From contig JBHYGA010000005.1 of NCBI GenBank assembly GCA_051859245.1, positions 448,001-512,000 on the forward strand: DNA of 64,000 nt, written 5' to 3'. Source of the DNA: Gemmatimonadaceae bacterium. Lineage in GTDB: Bacteria > Gemmatimonadota > Gemmatimonadetes > Gemmatimonadales > Gemmatimonadaceae. A model generated the notes under the pieces. The model saw only the letters and a list, made by a program, of their open reading frames with translations, was not told where the DNA came from and made no database searches. Every line of letters starts with the position of its first letter. Within the stretch, counting starts at the first letter, position 1. Positions 52,621 through 64,000 of this stretch are shown in pieces. Made by a program: the position numbers and the translations under genes.

Positions 52621-55220
52621 CGCACATCGCGATAGAGCACGTCTTCGAGAGAGTTGAGCGAGCGAAGGCTGATTCCGACTACACGTACTTCTCGACGCTA
52701 CTCCTCGCAGCAGAGGCGCTCGCAAAGACCATCGTCCTAGGAGTCGTGGCATCTATCGCGGATGACACTGAGCGAAACCGCTACCGGCTAGAACATCAAC
52801 TCGTTCGCGCAGACGGCATTGGCGACTGGGGGAGGGTAATCGAAGATGCCCTAGTCGGCCCTGCATCGCAGTTCCTCCTCAGCGAAGCGAGAGAGGAACA
52901 AGCAGAACTGACTCGGCAATGCAAGGCAGGCGAATGGCAATACGACGCTACGGCGGCGCTGAGAGCGGCGTTGACTCACCTCAGAATTGAAGCGGAGGAG
53001 GTCCCGATCAAGTCGGACATGAAGCGATGGTTTCGTCTTTTTTCGACGCTAAGAAACAAGACAAGGGCGCATGGAGCAACACTCCCCGAGGAAACGACAG
53101 AGGCGGCGCACAACATCGCGAACAGCATCAAACTAGTGTATGCCAATTTTCGACTGTTCAAACGGCCTTGGGCGCACCTGCACCAGAATATCAGCCGCAA
53201 GTATCGTATCTCCGGCATCACCGAGGAAACTGCGGATTTCGACTTCTTGAAGAAGGTACAGAATCGGCAGTTCCCCAATGGAATCTACCTGTTCATGGGC
53301 AGTCCCCGCCGCGTCCCGCTTATTTGCACCGACGCTGAACTCCGAGATTTCTTCTTTGCAAACGGGGGATTGACCGCCAGGAAGTTCGAGATGCTCTCGT
53401 ACTACTCGAACGACAGAATGCAGGGGGATGGAGCTGCGTACCTAGTGCCCCCGGGGGTTCTTCCCGCAAGTGAGACGGAAGGCCACGGGGAGCTCGTTCC
53501 TAAGGGCAACTGCTTCTCCAACGTGCCGGACCTTCTGTCTGACTACGTGAGTCGTCCGCGACTTGAAGCTGAGCTCAGAGGTTTGCTCCTCGATGAGAAG
53601 CGTCCGATCATAACCTTGGTAGGCCGCGGCGGCATCGGGAAAACGTCCCTCGCCTTGAGGGTTATCAATGGAATCTACGAAGAGCAGCGCTACGATTGCA
53701 TTGTCTGGCTGAGCGCGCGAGACGTGGACCTACAGTTCACGGGCCCCAAGCCCGTTCGGCCGATGGTGCTTTCGCCTGAGGACATGAGCAAGTTCTACGC
53801 GGGCCTTGTGCTCCCATCGGCAAAGATCAGCGACAAAGGATTCAAGGCGCGCACTTTCTTTGAACAGCAGCTTCAGAAGTGTGACCTGGGGGCCTGTCTC
53901 TTCGTATTCGACAACTTCGAAACAACTCAGAGTCCAGCCGAGATGTTTAGCTGGATTGATTCATTCATCCGACTTCCGAACAAGGCACTCATCACGACGC
54001 GTCTCCGTGAGTTTAAGGGCGACTACCCTGTAGAAGTCTCTGGTATGGAGGAAGCAGAGGCACGAGTACTCATCGATCGAACGGCCGCCTCTGTTCATGT
54101 GTCGGACTTGATCGATGCGGAATACGTCAACAAGCTGCTCGCTCACTCCGAAGGGCACCCGTATGTTATCAAGATTCTGCTGGGCGAGGTCGCCAAGCTT
54201 AAACGAGCGGCAAATATCCCGCAGATGGTCGCAGGGACGGATGACATCTTGACCGCGCTGTTCGAGAGGACTTATGCCTCCCTCTCTCCGTGCGCTCAAA
54301 GAGCTTTTCTCACTCTCTCAGCATGGAACTCTCCCGTTCCGCGTTTGGTCCTAGAAGCCGTTCTGTTTCGCTCAACCGAAGAACGGAACGAGGTGGAGAA
54401 GGGAATCGAGGCGTTGCTCCAGTACTCGATGGCAGAACTTCATATCGCGCCATCGGACAAGCAGGAGTTCATTGCCCTTCCGCTTGTCGCCAGCGTATTC
54501 GGAAAGAAGAAACTCAACATCAGCCCATCTAGAGTTGCAATTCAGTCCGATGTAGAACTACTGCAAATGCTTGGGCCTAGTCGTCGTGACGACGTGCACC
54601 TCGGTCTGGCACGAAGATTGGAGAGCTTCATCGGGAATATTTCAAGACGGATCGACGCAGGTGAAACGTACGAGTCTTTCGCGCCGGTGCTAGAAGCAAT
54701 CTGTCGCGCATACAATCCTGGATGGCTTCTCCTCGCTCGCTGGCATATGGAGGAACGCACGGTGAGCGGATACCAACTCGCCAAGGAAGAGTTGCGACGA
54801 TTCTTGGAGAACGGACCGCCGAGTGCTGAGGCAGCAGAAGCATGGCGCCTGCTCGGTCACGCGTGCTACCAAACTGGCGATGCCCTTGGTGAGGTTCACG
54901 CGTACGTAGAGCGAGCACAAGGTTCTGACCTCTCTTTCCACGACCTTTCTAGTTCCGCCAACCGGTTGAACCAGTACTTCTCCGAGCACGGACACGAGAT
55001 TGAGCGAGAGCAAAAGCGCGATCTCGCGACTAGACTGCTCTCGGTGATTAGCGCACGATGTGTTGAAGCTGAGCCCGATGACTACTCTCGAATGGCATGG
55101 CTGGCAAATCACGCTGGACAGGAAGGTTTGGCGAGGGAGTATGTGGCAGCCGGCCTCGATGAGGATGCAACGAATGGGCATCTCGTCAAGCTTGCCCAAC
55201 GATTCGGAATGCAGTTCTGA
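52617..55220 (+). CDS. STAND/NB-ARC NTPase with putative N-terminal HEPN motif and C-terminal helical (TPR-like) repeats
   Basis: RNKTRAH (Rx5H), Walker A GRGGIGKT, Walker B LFVFDNFE, LITTR sensor, EGHP (GxP), EAWRLLGHACYQTGD. Confidence 0.8.
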   Translation: MTHIAIEHVFERVERAKADSDYTYFSTLLLAAEALAKTIVLGVVASIADDTERNRYRLEHQLVRADGIGDWGRVIEDALVGPASQFLLSEAREEQAELTRQCKAGEWQYDATAALRAALTHLRIEAEEVPIKSDMKRWFRLFSTLRNKTRAHGATLPEETTEAAHNIANSIKLVYANFRLFKRPWAHLHQNISRKYRISGITEETADFDFLKKVQNRQFPNGIYLFMGSPRRVPLICTDAELRDFFFANGGLTARKFEMLSYYSNDRMQGDGAAYLVPPGVLPASETEGHGELVPKGNCFSNVPDLLSDYVSRPRLEAELRGLLLDEKRPIITLVGRGGIGKTSLALRVINGIYEEQRYDCIVWLSARDVDLQFTGPKPVRPMVLSPEDMSKFYAGLVLPSAKISDKGFKARTFFEQQLQKCDLGACLFVFDNFETTQSPAEMFSWIDSFIRLPNKALITTRLREFKGDYPVEVSGMEEAEARVLIDRTAASVHVSDLIDAEYVNKLLAHSEGHPYVIKILLGEVAKLKRAANIPQMVAGTDDILTALFERTYASLSPCAQRAFLTLSAWNSPVPRLVLEAVLFRSTEERNEVEKGIEALLQYSMAELHIAPSDKQEFIALPLVASVFGKKKLNISPSRVAIQSDVELLQMLGPSRRDDVHLGLARRLESFIGNISRRIDAGETYESFAPVLEAICRAYNPGWLLLARWHMEERTVSGYQLAKEELRRFLENGPPSAEAAEAWRLLGHACYQTGDALGEVHAYVERAQGSDLSFHDLSSSANRLNQYFSEHGHEIEREQKRDLATRLLSVISARCVEAEPDDYSRMAWLANHAGQEGLAREYVAAGLDEDATNGHLVKLAQRFGMQF

Positions 55221-55223
55221 ACG

Positions 55224-58379
<3,156 letters not shown>

Positions 58380-58593
58380 AGTTGCAATGGCTATCTCCGT
58401 AGCGACCGGCCATTTAGAGTGGTGTCTATTCCGGTGCAAATGTCAGAGCATGGCGCAATAGAACGTCGTCCCGGTCCTGCATGATTTGCGGAGATACGAC
58501 GGCAGCTACAGAAAGGAGATCTACTAGCATTACGCGCTGTTTATTACTTAAAGTCGCCCGCAAAGGGCCGCCATAGCTAAGATCATCTGCGGC

Positions 58594-58775
58594 TGGCAAT
58601 CCCCTCGTGATTGACGGACGCCAGTCTCGGAGTTAAGCCGCGAGTGCAAGTTTCATGGACGGCGTGATCCGCCCGGGTGCCTTGTTTGACCGATTGTTGA
58701 TGTAGGTCCAGAGCCAGTACATGCACCGCACGTGTCTGGCGGCGAAGTGCGTGGCGCTGCACCATTGGCAGCGAA
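58594..58775 (-). mobile_element. Degenerate IS3-family (IS407-group-like) right-end remnant
   Basis: Minus frame YWLWTYINNRSNKAPGRITPSMKLALAA* resembles the IS3 OrfB C-terminus; followed by IR-like end gaggggattgcca. Confidence 0.55.
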
Positions 58776-58884
58776 CTAGCATGTGTTCGTGTGGTCGCCT
58801 TCGCACGGTCGAGAATTTGGATCGGTAGTGCCTGGACACGGTCACACAACAGTTGCTCATTGAGCTTCACAGCTCTTCCCGTTA

Positions 58885-60303
58885 TTGACCCAGTCCTTGA
58901 TCGCGCCCACCACAATCCCGAACGCTACGTCGCACGCATTCTTTTCCGCACCATGGGAACCGTTCACCGAGCGGAGAGGTGACGCACTGGGGCTGCGTGC
59001 GCTCGCTGACGAGTTCGCCGATGCTGTGACTCCCGGCATGAGCGGGCGGATTAGCGATGCCCGTTGGATAACAATCCTGTCGTGGTGTTTGGTCCGCGCG
59101 CACGAAGTCCACAGCGTGGCAGGAGAAGGGCAAGTCAACACGAAGGTGCATCAGCGAGAGCGGTATGATTGGCTGCGCCCGCTCGAACTCCTCTGGATCG
59201 CACGCACCATTCGATTGAGCGCGGACTTCACCAAGCGGCCGCTGCCGGGTCGACGCGGCGTCAAACTGTGGTGCGAAGGTAGCCGGAAGCTAGCTCACAA
59301 CTTCGGCCTCTCGGACGAACAATTTGATCGGTACCGGCAAAGCGGCATCTACGGAGCGTATCGCGTTGCGTTTCGTAAATGGCCTGGCCTGACGATGCAG
59401 GGGGATGGCTGGACCCCGGGGCCCGAAGCGCACAAACTGGCGAGTTGGCTCGACGAAAAGTTGAGCGTTGCCAGCCCTCACTGGGGCGGGGATCATGATG
59501 ACGGCGTAGAGAGCCCTACGCGCCGTAGCGTATTGGCCGGATCGGCGGATAAATCGAAATGGTGGCTACATCACTGGCACACCTTCGATTCGCCCGGCGG
59601 CGGCTTTGACAGCGCAACTCTGCCACGGCCCCGCGATGAGTTCGCTTCGCTCCCCGAGCGAAAGATCCTGCATCCGATCGCGTTCGGTGAAGACTTGATG
59701 GGACGTCGTCGGCGAGACATCTCGAAATCGATGTCGCGCTCCAACGCGCACAATGTGCTCGGGCTCTGCGATGACTTGTCGTCAGAGTACGCAGCGCATC
59801 CCGCGATTTGTCGACTTGGCGACTTCGCTCGCCTGTTGGACGCGGGGCTTTCGCTTATGGACTTCGTTGCGCAAGCCATGGACGGCAATAAACCGAAGCA
59901 ACCCATGGATCACATCACGCGTTCCCCCGAAGCACAGCAACTGTGCGCTCGGCTTTTCGAGGCGAGTCAACAGTGGCTGCGTAACGAGAACGCGGCACTG
60001 CGTCACGCTGAACAGGCCCGTACGTTCGCCGAGGCGATACCGTCGGCCATGCCATCAGAATGCATCGCGTCGCTGCTGCGGCACCACGAGCATCACGGGA
60101 GCGGCAAGCGGTGGTTCGTGTTGCGTGACGGGAACGTGTTGCTGCGCACCCCGCAGCGCGCGCTGAATGGTCTGAGCTGGTTTCGCCTTGGCGCGCTCGC
60201 TCGCATCGCGGTGCAGGTGGGGGAGCTGCCGACAATGCCACGAGCACTAATGCACAATGGAGAGAGCGACGACTTGCCTGAGGATGAGACGAGTGTCGAA
60301 TAG
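58885..60303 (+). CDS. Hypothetical protein (DUF6361-like N-terminus), first gene of the PLD-helicase triad
   Basis: GDALGLRALADEFADAVTPGMSGRISDARWITIL; YRQSGIYGAYR. Confidence 0.7.
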   Translation: MTQSLIAPTTIPNATSHAFFSAPWEPFTERRGDALGLRALADEFADAVTPGMSGRISDARWITILSWCLVRAHEVHSVAGEGQVNTKVHQRERYDWLRPLELLWIARTIRLSADFTKRPLPGRRGVKLWCEGSRKLAHNFGLSDEQFDRYRQSGIYGAYRVAFRKWPGLTMQGDGWTPGPEAHKLASWLDEKLSVASPHWGGDHDDGVESPTRRSVLAGSADKSKWWLHHWHTFDSPGGGFDSATLPRPRDEFASLPERKILHPIAFGEDLMGRRRRDISKSMSRSNAHNVLGLCDDLSSEYAAHPAICRLGDFARLLDAGLSLMDFVAQAMDGNKPKQPMDHITRSPEAQQLCARLFEASQQWLRNENAALRHAEQARTFAEAIPSAMPSECIASLLRHHEHHGSGKRWFVLRDGNVLLRTPQRALNGLSWFRLGALARIAVQVGELPTMPRALMHNGESDDLPEDETSVE

Positions 60304-62269
60304 CACCATGGGATGGGAGCCCCTGCTGGCGTTCGCTATGCCGGATTCCGCCGTACTGCGCGGTGCGCTGTTCACAACCTACGACCGTCCGGACGGACAG
60401 TTCCTCGCAGAACAGCTGCTCAGATCAGTGCTGCGCATTGATCGACGAGCGTCGGCCGAACTTGCTGAGCACCGTTGTTTCCTAATCGAGCTGTTGGACC
60501 GCGTGATGGAGCTGAAAGACGACATCACTATCATCTCTTCAACGTCACGAGACGAGGTTTCGGAGTCTCCGCCGGACGGTGCCACACAATACCAATGGTT
60601 GTTGAATCTGATTCGACCACTGACTGTTGGCAGGACGGGAAAGGCGGTGCAACATGCCAAGCTGTGGATGCTGCACTGGGCTTGTCTTGGAACCAACGCT
60701 GAATACCTCGAGATCGTAGTCTCATCAGCGAATCTGACCTACGCGTCATTCAGCAGCCAATTGCAGGCGGCATGGCGTGTCCTCGTACCACTGCAGACGA
60801 GCTCGAGCGAAAAGCGACGCAGCACCTGGGGAATCCTTCCGCACTTTCTTCGCGCGCTTGGTGAGGCCACAGGTGACGCACCGCGGGTGGCACGTATGGG
60901 CGATCTGCTGGCGCGTGCTGATTGTCCCGACGGTGTCACGTTCCTCGCGAGCGTGCCAGGGCGGCACAATGCGAGCGTACTCCGAAAGACACCTTGGGGT
61001 GTTGCCGGATTGTCAAAGATTCTTCCGCCAGGAAATGGAAGCCCGAGGATCTTCGTATCGGCTCCGTCGGTCGGCGACTGGAGTGAGCGAGCGATTGCAG
61101 ATTGGGCAAAGTTCGCAGGCTCGACGGCCGACCGCGTGTCTCTGGTTTGGGTGGATCAGGAACACGACTGGGCGCGACCAGGGCGGTGGTGCATGACCGC
61201 TTCCGCGCGGTCGGCGTTGCTCAATGCCGGCGTCACGTTCGCGCAGTATGGCGCCGGCAATGACCATACTGAAGACGATCGTGTGCATGAAGCGCACGGA
61301 CTGCGAGATCGACGTTGGAGTCACGCCAAGCTCTATGCGCTCGCGCGAGGGAACTCACGCCGTTTAGTTGTGACCTCGGCGAACTTCAGTACCGCGGCTT
61401 GGGGTAGACCGAACTCCGACGGATCACTGCATATCACCAACTTTGAACTGGGCGTGTCCATTCCAAAGATGCAGTGGCCGTTCGCTGCGCTTCTGCCGTT
61501 TGACAACACGGATCGTGCGGCGGTTGCGGATCGACTGCCGCTGTTGGAGAGTGGGCCTATCGAGTGGGCGTACGCGGAGTGGGACGGAGCTGAGGTGCGT
61601 ATTCAGGTCCGATGTATCGAGCCCAAACAGCTAAGTGCTCTGATCGTAACTCGGTCGAGTGAATCGTCGCTGAGCGAGTGGACGGCGGATACTGACGCGT
61701 TCTTACTCTCGGGTACCGTTCCATGGAGCGCAGAGCAGGAGACACCGGTCGAAATCGTGTTCCGCTGCGGCGCGCATGAGCTACGAGCACCGGTGTTTGA
61801 TGTCCGCGCAGACCCGGCCGCCGTGGCGTCTATGCTCACCGGCCTCGGCGAAGACGAGGCCCAGTTGCTGCTGGACGACATGTTGTTCGAGCGTTTTGGG
61901 TCTCTCGCTGTCAACGAGCGGGCGCTCGAAGGTCGGGGCGCTCCGATGATCGACACGGAACGTGAGGAAGAGAACGAAGGCGACGATCCCACGGCGCTGG
62001 GCAGCGGCGACAGCTACGGGATCGCGGAGTTTGAATGGGCACGCCGCCAACTTGGAGTAGTCGATGCGTGGCAAATGCAGGTGGACCAGGCAACGCAGCA
62101 GAGGGGCGATCGCCACGCGCGGGACGGGCGGCAGCTCGTCGCGGCTTTCGAGCGACGCGTGTCGGCGGAACTGATCCGCGATAAGGCGAAAGTGGCCGGT
62201 GCTCGTATCGCGCTCGAAGAGATGCGCGTCCGGCTAAAAGCGATGGAGAGTACGAATGCCGACAGGTGA
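60257..62269 (+). CDS. PLD/tyrosyl-DNA-phosphodiesterase-like nuclease (two HxK motifs)
   Basis: ALFTTY, QHAKLW...VSSANLT, FLASVPG, SHAKLY...TSANFSTAAWG...NFELGV; true start may be slightly later. Confidence 0.8.
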   Translation: MERATTCLRMRRVSNSTMGWEPLLAFAMPDSAVLRGALFTTYDRPDGQFLAEQLLRSVLRIDRRASAELAEHRCFLIELLDRVMELKDDITIISSTSRDEVSESPPDGATQYQWLLNLIRPLTVGRTGKAVQHAKLWMLHWACLGTNAEYLEIVVSSANLTYASFSSQLQAAWRVLVPLQTSSSEKRRSTWGILPHFLRALGEATGDAPRVARMGDLLARADCPDGVTFLASVPGRHNASVLRKTPWGVAGLSKILPPGNGSPRIFVSAPSVGDWSERAIADWAKFAGSTADRVSLVWVDQEHDWARPGRWCMTASARSALLNAGVTFAQYGAGNDHTEDDRVHEAHGLRDRRWSHAKLYALARGNSRRLVVTSANFSTAAWGRPNSDGSLHITNFELGVSIPKMQWPFAALLPFDNTDRAAVADRLPLLESGPIEWAYAEWDGAEVRIQVRCIEPKQLSALIVTRSSESSLSEWTADTDAFLLSGTVPWSAEQETPVEIVFRCGAHELRAPVFDVRADPAAVASMLTGLGEDEAQLLLDDMLFERFGSLAVNERALEGRGAPMIDTEREEENEGDDPTALGSGDSYGIAEFEWARRQLGVVDAWQMQVDQATQQRGDRHARDGRQLVAAFERRVSAELIRDKAKVAGARIALEEMRVRLKAMESTNADR

Positions 62270-64000
62270 CCCGCCGGAGTCGCTCGGGCTTGGGGCGAAC
62301 CAATGGAAGTTTCTCGACCGCGCAGAGAAGTACATCTTGGCGAGCGACGCAACCAAGCAAGGGCGCAAGCTCTCGCCGGCGAGTACGCAACGACAGTTCG
62401 AGACAGCCGCTGAAATCCTGAAGCGACTGACGGGGAGCGCGAATACCGAATGTCAGCGAGGGGTACTGCTTGCTGACGACGTGGGCTTGGGTAAGACCAC
62501 CGTCGCTGCACTCGTCGCGTGGGTTGTCGCGCGTGCCGGAAGCGGTCGGCAAGTGAGGATTCTTGCACCGAACGATGTGATGGTCAGGCGTTGGCGCGAT
62601 GAGTTGCTCTCCCATGTCGCGCCGCTTGGGAAGTGCGCGAAGCATTTGGGGGCTCATACGAGACATGTACGCATCGAGCGCGTTGACAGTCTGAAGCGCG
62701 GGACGATTCAAGTCGTGAAGCACTCCTACGCATCGGCGGGCAAACTGCTCGCGTGCGATCTCCTGATTGTCGATGAAGCGCACCGTGCGAAAGGCGAAAA
62801 TAGTGCGTTCAGTCGGGCCCTGAAAGCGCAGCGGAAGCATGCCAAACGCACGCTCATCCTTACCGCAACGCCCTTCAGTATCCAGTTGGAAGAGCTTAAC
62901 CGGATGCTTTCGCTCGTCGGCGCTGTCCACATTCTGAAACCACTGCGCGATTTTTCGCGAGCCCGCGACCAGCTCTACGCAAGTAACACTGCTCAAAACG
63001 CCAACAGGTTGGCAGAGCGGTTGGTGACAAGTGCAACGCGTGCCGTGTCAGCGATTGCTCCGTATGTCATTCGACACGGGATTGATCAGCTGCCCGCGGA
63101 ACAAGACGCGTTCGGCAACAGCATGGACTGGCGCATCGAGGTGCCGCACGCCAGCGCTGATGAGGTATCGCTCATGCTGCGCATTGATCGCGTCCTCCGG
63201 CTGCTGCCAAAAGCGGAAGGCCGCCGCACTGGTCCGTCGAATGACCCGCGCTTTCATGTGGGTTGGCAACATCTTGATGCGGTTGTGGAGCGCGTAGAGG
63301 CAATGACCGCAGCCTTCTCCGCGCCAATCAAGCCCGTCGTCTCACAGCATCTTGATCAAATCCGGTCCCTGCGCCGTGGCGTGGGAGTGCACAGTAAGAT
63401 GCGCGCGGTAGGAGTTGCTGTTCGCGATGTCGTTACTTCGGGTGAAAAGGTGGTGATCTTTTGCCATCATCACGCGACGGCGCAGGAGCTCGCGTTGCAC
63501 TTGTCAACGGTTATTCCACCGCTCGCGCGACCGACTCGCTCTGAACGTAATGAATGGAGGAAAGCGTGGTCTGACATACTTCAGTCAACAGCGACTAGTG
63601 TGGGAGACGACCGCACGTTGGAGGCGTTCATCAACTGGCTTACCGCGGACGCTCAGCTGTCGCAGGTGTCAGCGTGGTTGCCGCAAGCCACGGGCGAGCA
63701 TACAACGCTTAGCTCCACACTTGAACACACACCCGCAAGGCATAAGAAGAACCCTGTTCCGATTGCCTCGGCGGCCCAAATGCTCTACCAGCAACTCTGC
63801 AGCTCCAGTTCGGGAGTCGCCGTGCTGCGGAATGCACTCACGGCCCCCTCTTCGATGCCGGCTGGGGCGAAGGCCACGCGCGTCTTCGCTACATGCCAGC
63901 GCGATGAAACAGCGAAGGCGGAACATCTATTTCTTCAAAACCAGCAGCCGGATACAGTGATGGCGATCTTCAACAGTCCGTTTGGGCCGGAGGCGCTAGT
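62256..64000 (+). CDS. SF2 (SNF2-like) helicase, partial; absent from the ORF track
   Basis: Translated by hand from ATG 62256: GVLLADDVGLGKT, LLIVDEAH, LILTATP, GEKVVIFCHH, IFNSPFGP. Confidence 0.88.
   Translation, partial: MPTGDPPESLGLGANQWKFLDRAEKYILASDATKQGRKLSPASTQRQFETAAEILKRLTGSANTECQRGVLLADDVGLGKTTVAALVAWVVARAGSGRQVRILAPNDVMVRRWRDELLSHVAPLGKCAKHLGAHTRHVRIERVDSLKRGTIQVVKHSYASAGKLLACDLLIVDEAHRAKGENSAFSRALKAQRKHAKRTLILTATPFSIQLEELNRMLSLVGAVHILKPLRDFSRARDQLYASNTAQNANRLAERLVTSATRAVSAIAPYVIRHGIDQLPAEQDAFGNSMDWRIEVPHASADEVSLMLRIDRVLRLLPKAEGRRTGPSNDPRFHVGWQHLDAVVERVEAMTAAFSAPIKPVVSQHLDQIRSLRRGVGVHSKMRAVGVAVRDVVTSGEKVVIFCHHHATAQELALHLSTVIPPLARPTRSERNEWRKAWSDILQSTATSVGDDRTLEAFINWLTADAQLSQVSAWLPQATGEHTTLSSTLEHTPARHKKNPVPIASAAQMLYQQLCSSSSGVAVLRNALTAPSSMPAGAKATRVFATCQRDETAKAEHLFLQNQQPDTVMAIFNSPFGPEAL

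Noticed and set aside
61911..62996. 361-aa minus-strand ORF
   Set aside because: Antisense to the PLD and helicase genes, which carry clear motifs.

Overview
The window looks like genomic DNA of a phototrophic Gemmatimonadota (Gemmatimonas-like) bacterium and has four zones. (1) 1-25.8 kb is part of a photosynthesis gene cluster: bchF(partial)-bchNBHLM-bciE-acsF-lhaA-split puhA (Ht+Hc)-puhB-puhC on +, converging with pufB-pufA(LHh-like)-pufA(LH1)-pufLMC on -, with a divergent bchO. A five-gene insert sits between puh and puf: a TerY-P triad (vWA, PP2C, kinase) plus two paralogous membrane proteins. (2) 26-33.7 kb holds cell-envelope and stress genes: two L,D-transpeptidases, a ferritin-like pair, DUF3108 and a beta-propeller. 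(3) 30.8-44.3 kb (overlapping zone 2) is a decaying toxin-antitoxin/Uma2 hotspot, in which several toxins survive only as stumps next to intact antitoxins. (4) 44.5-64 kb is a defence island: SRA-like HNH, McrBC, a type I R-M operon with a putative HEPN-STAND(NB-ARC)-TPR gene inserted between hsdS and hsdR, an IS3 scar, and an unknown + TDP1/PLD-like + SF2 helicase triad that runs off the window. The best candidates for something undescribed are the HEPN-NLR-like gene in the R-M operon and the TerY-P module embedded in the photosynthesis cluster. All family assignments come from motif recognition by eye; no database searches were run.
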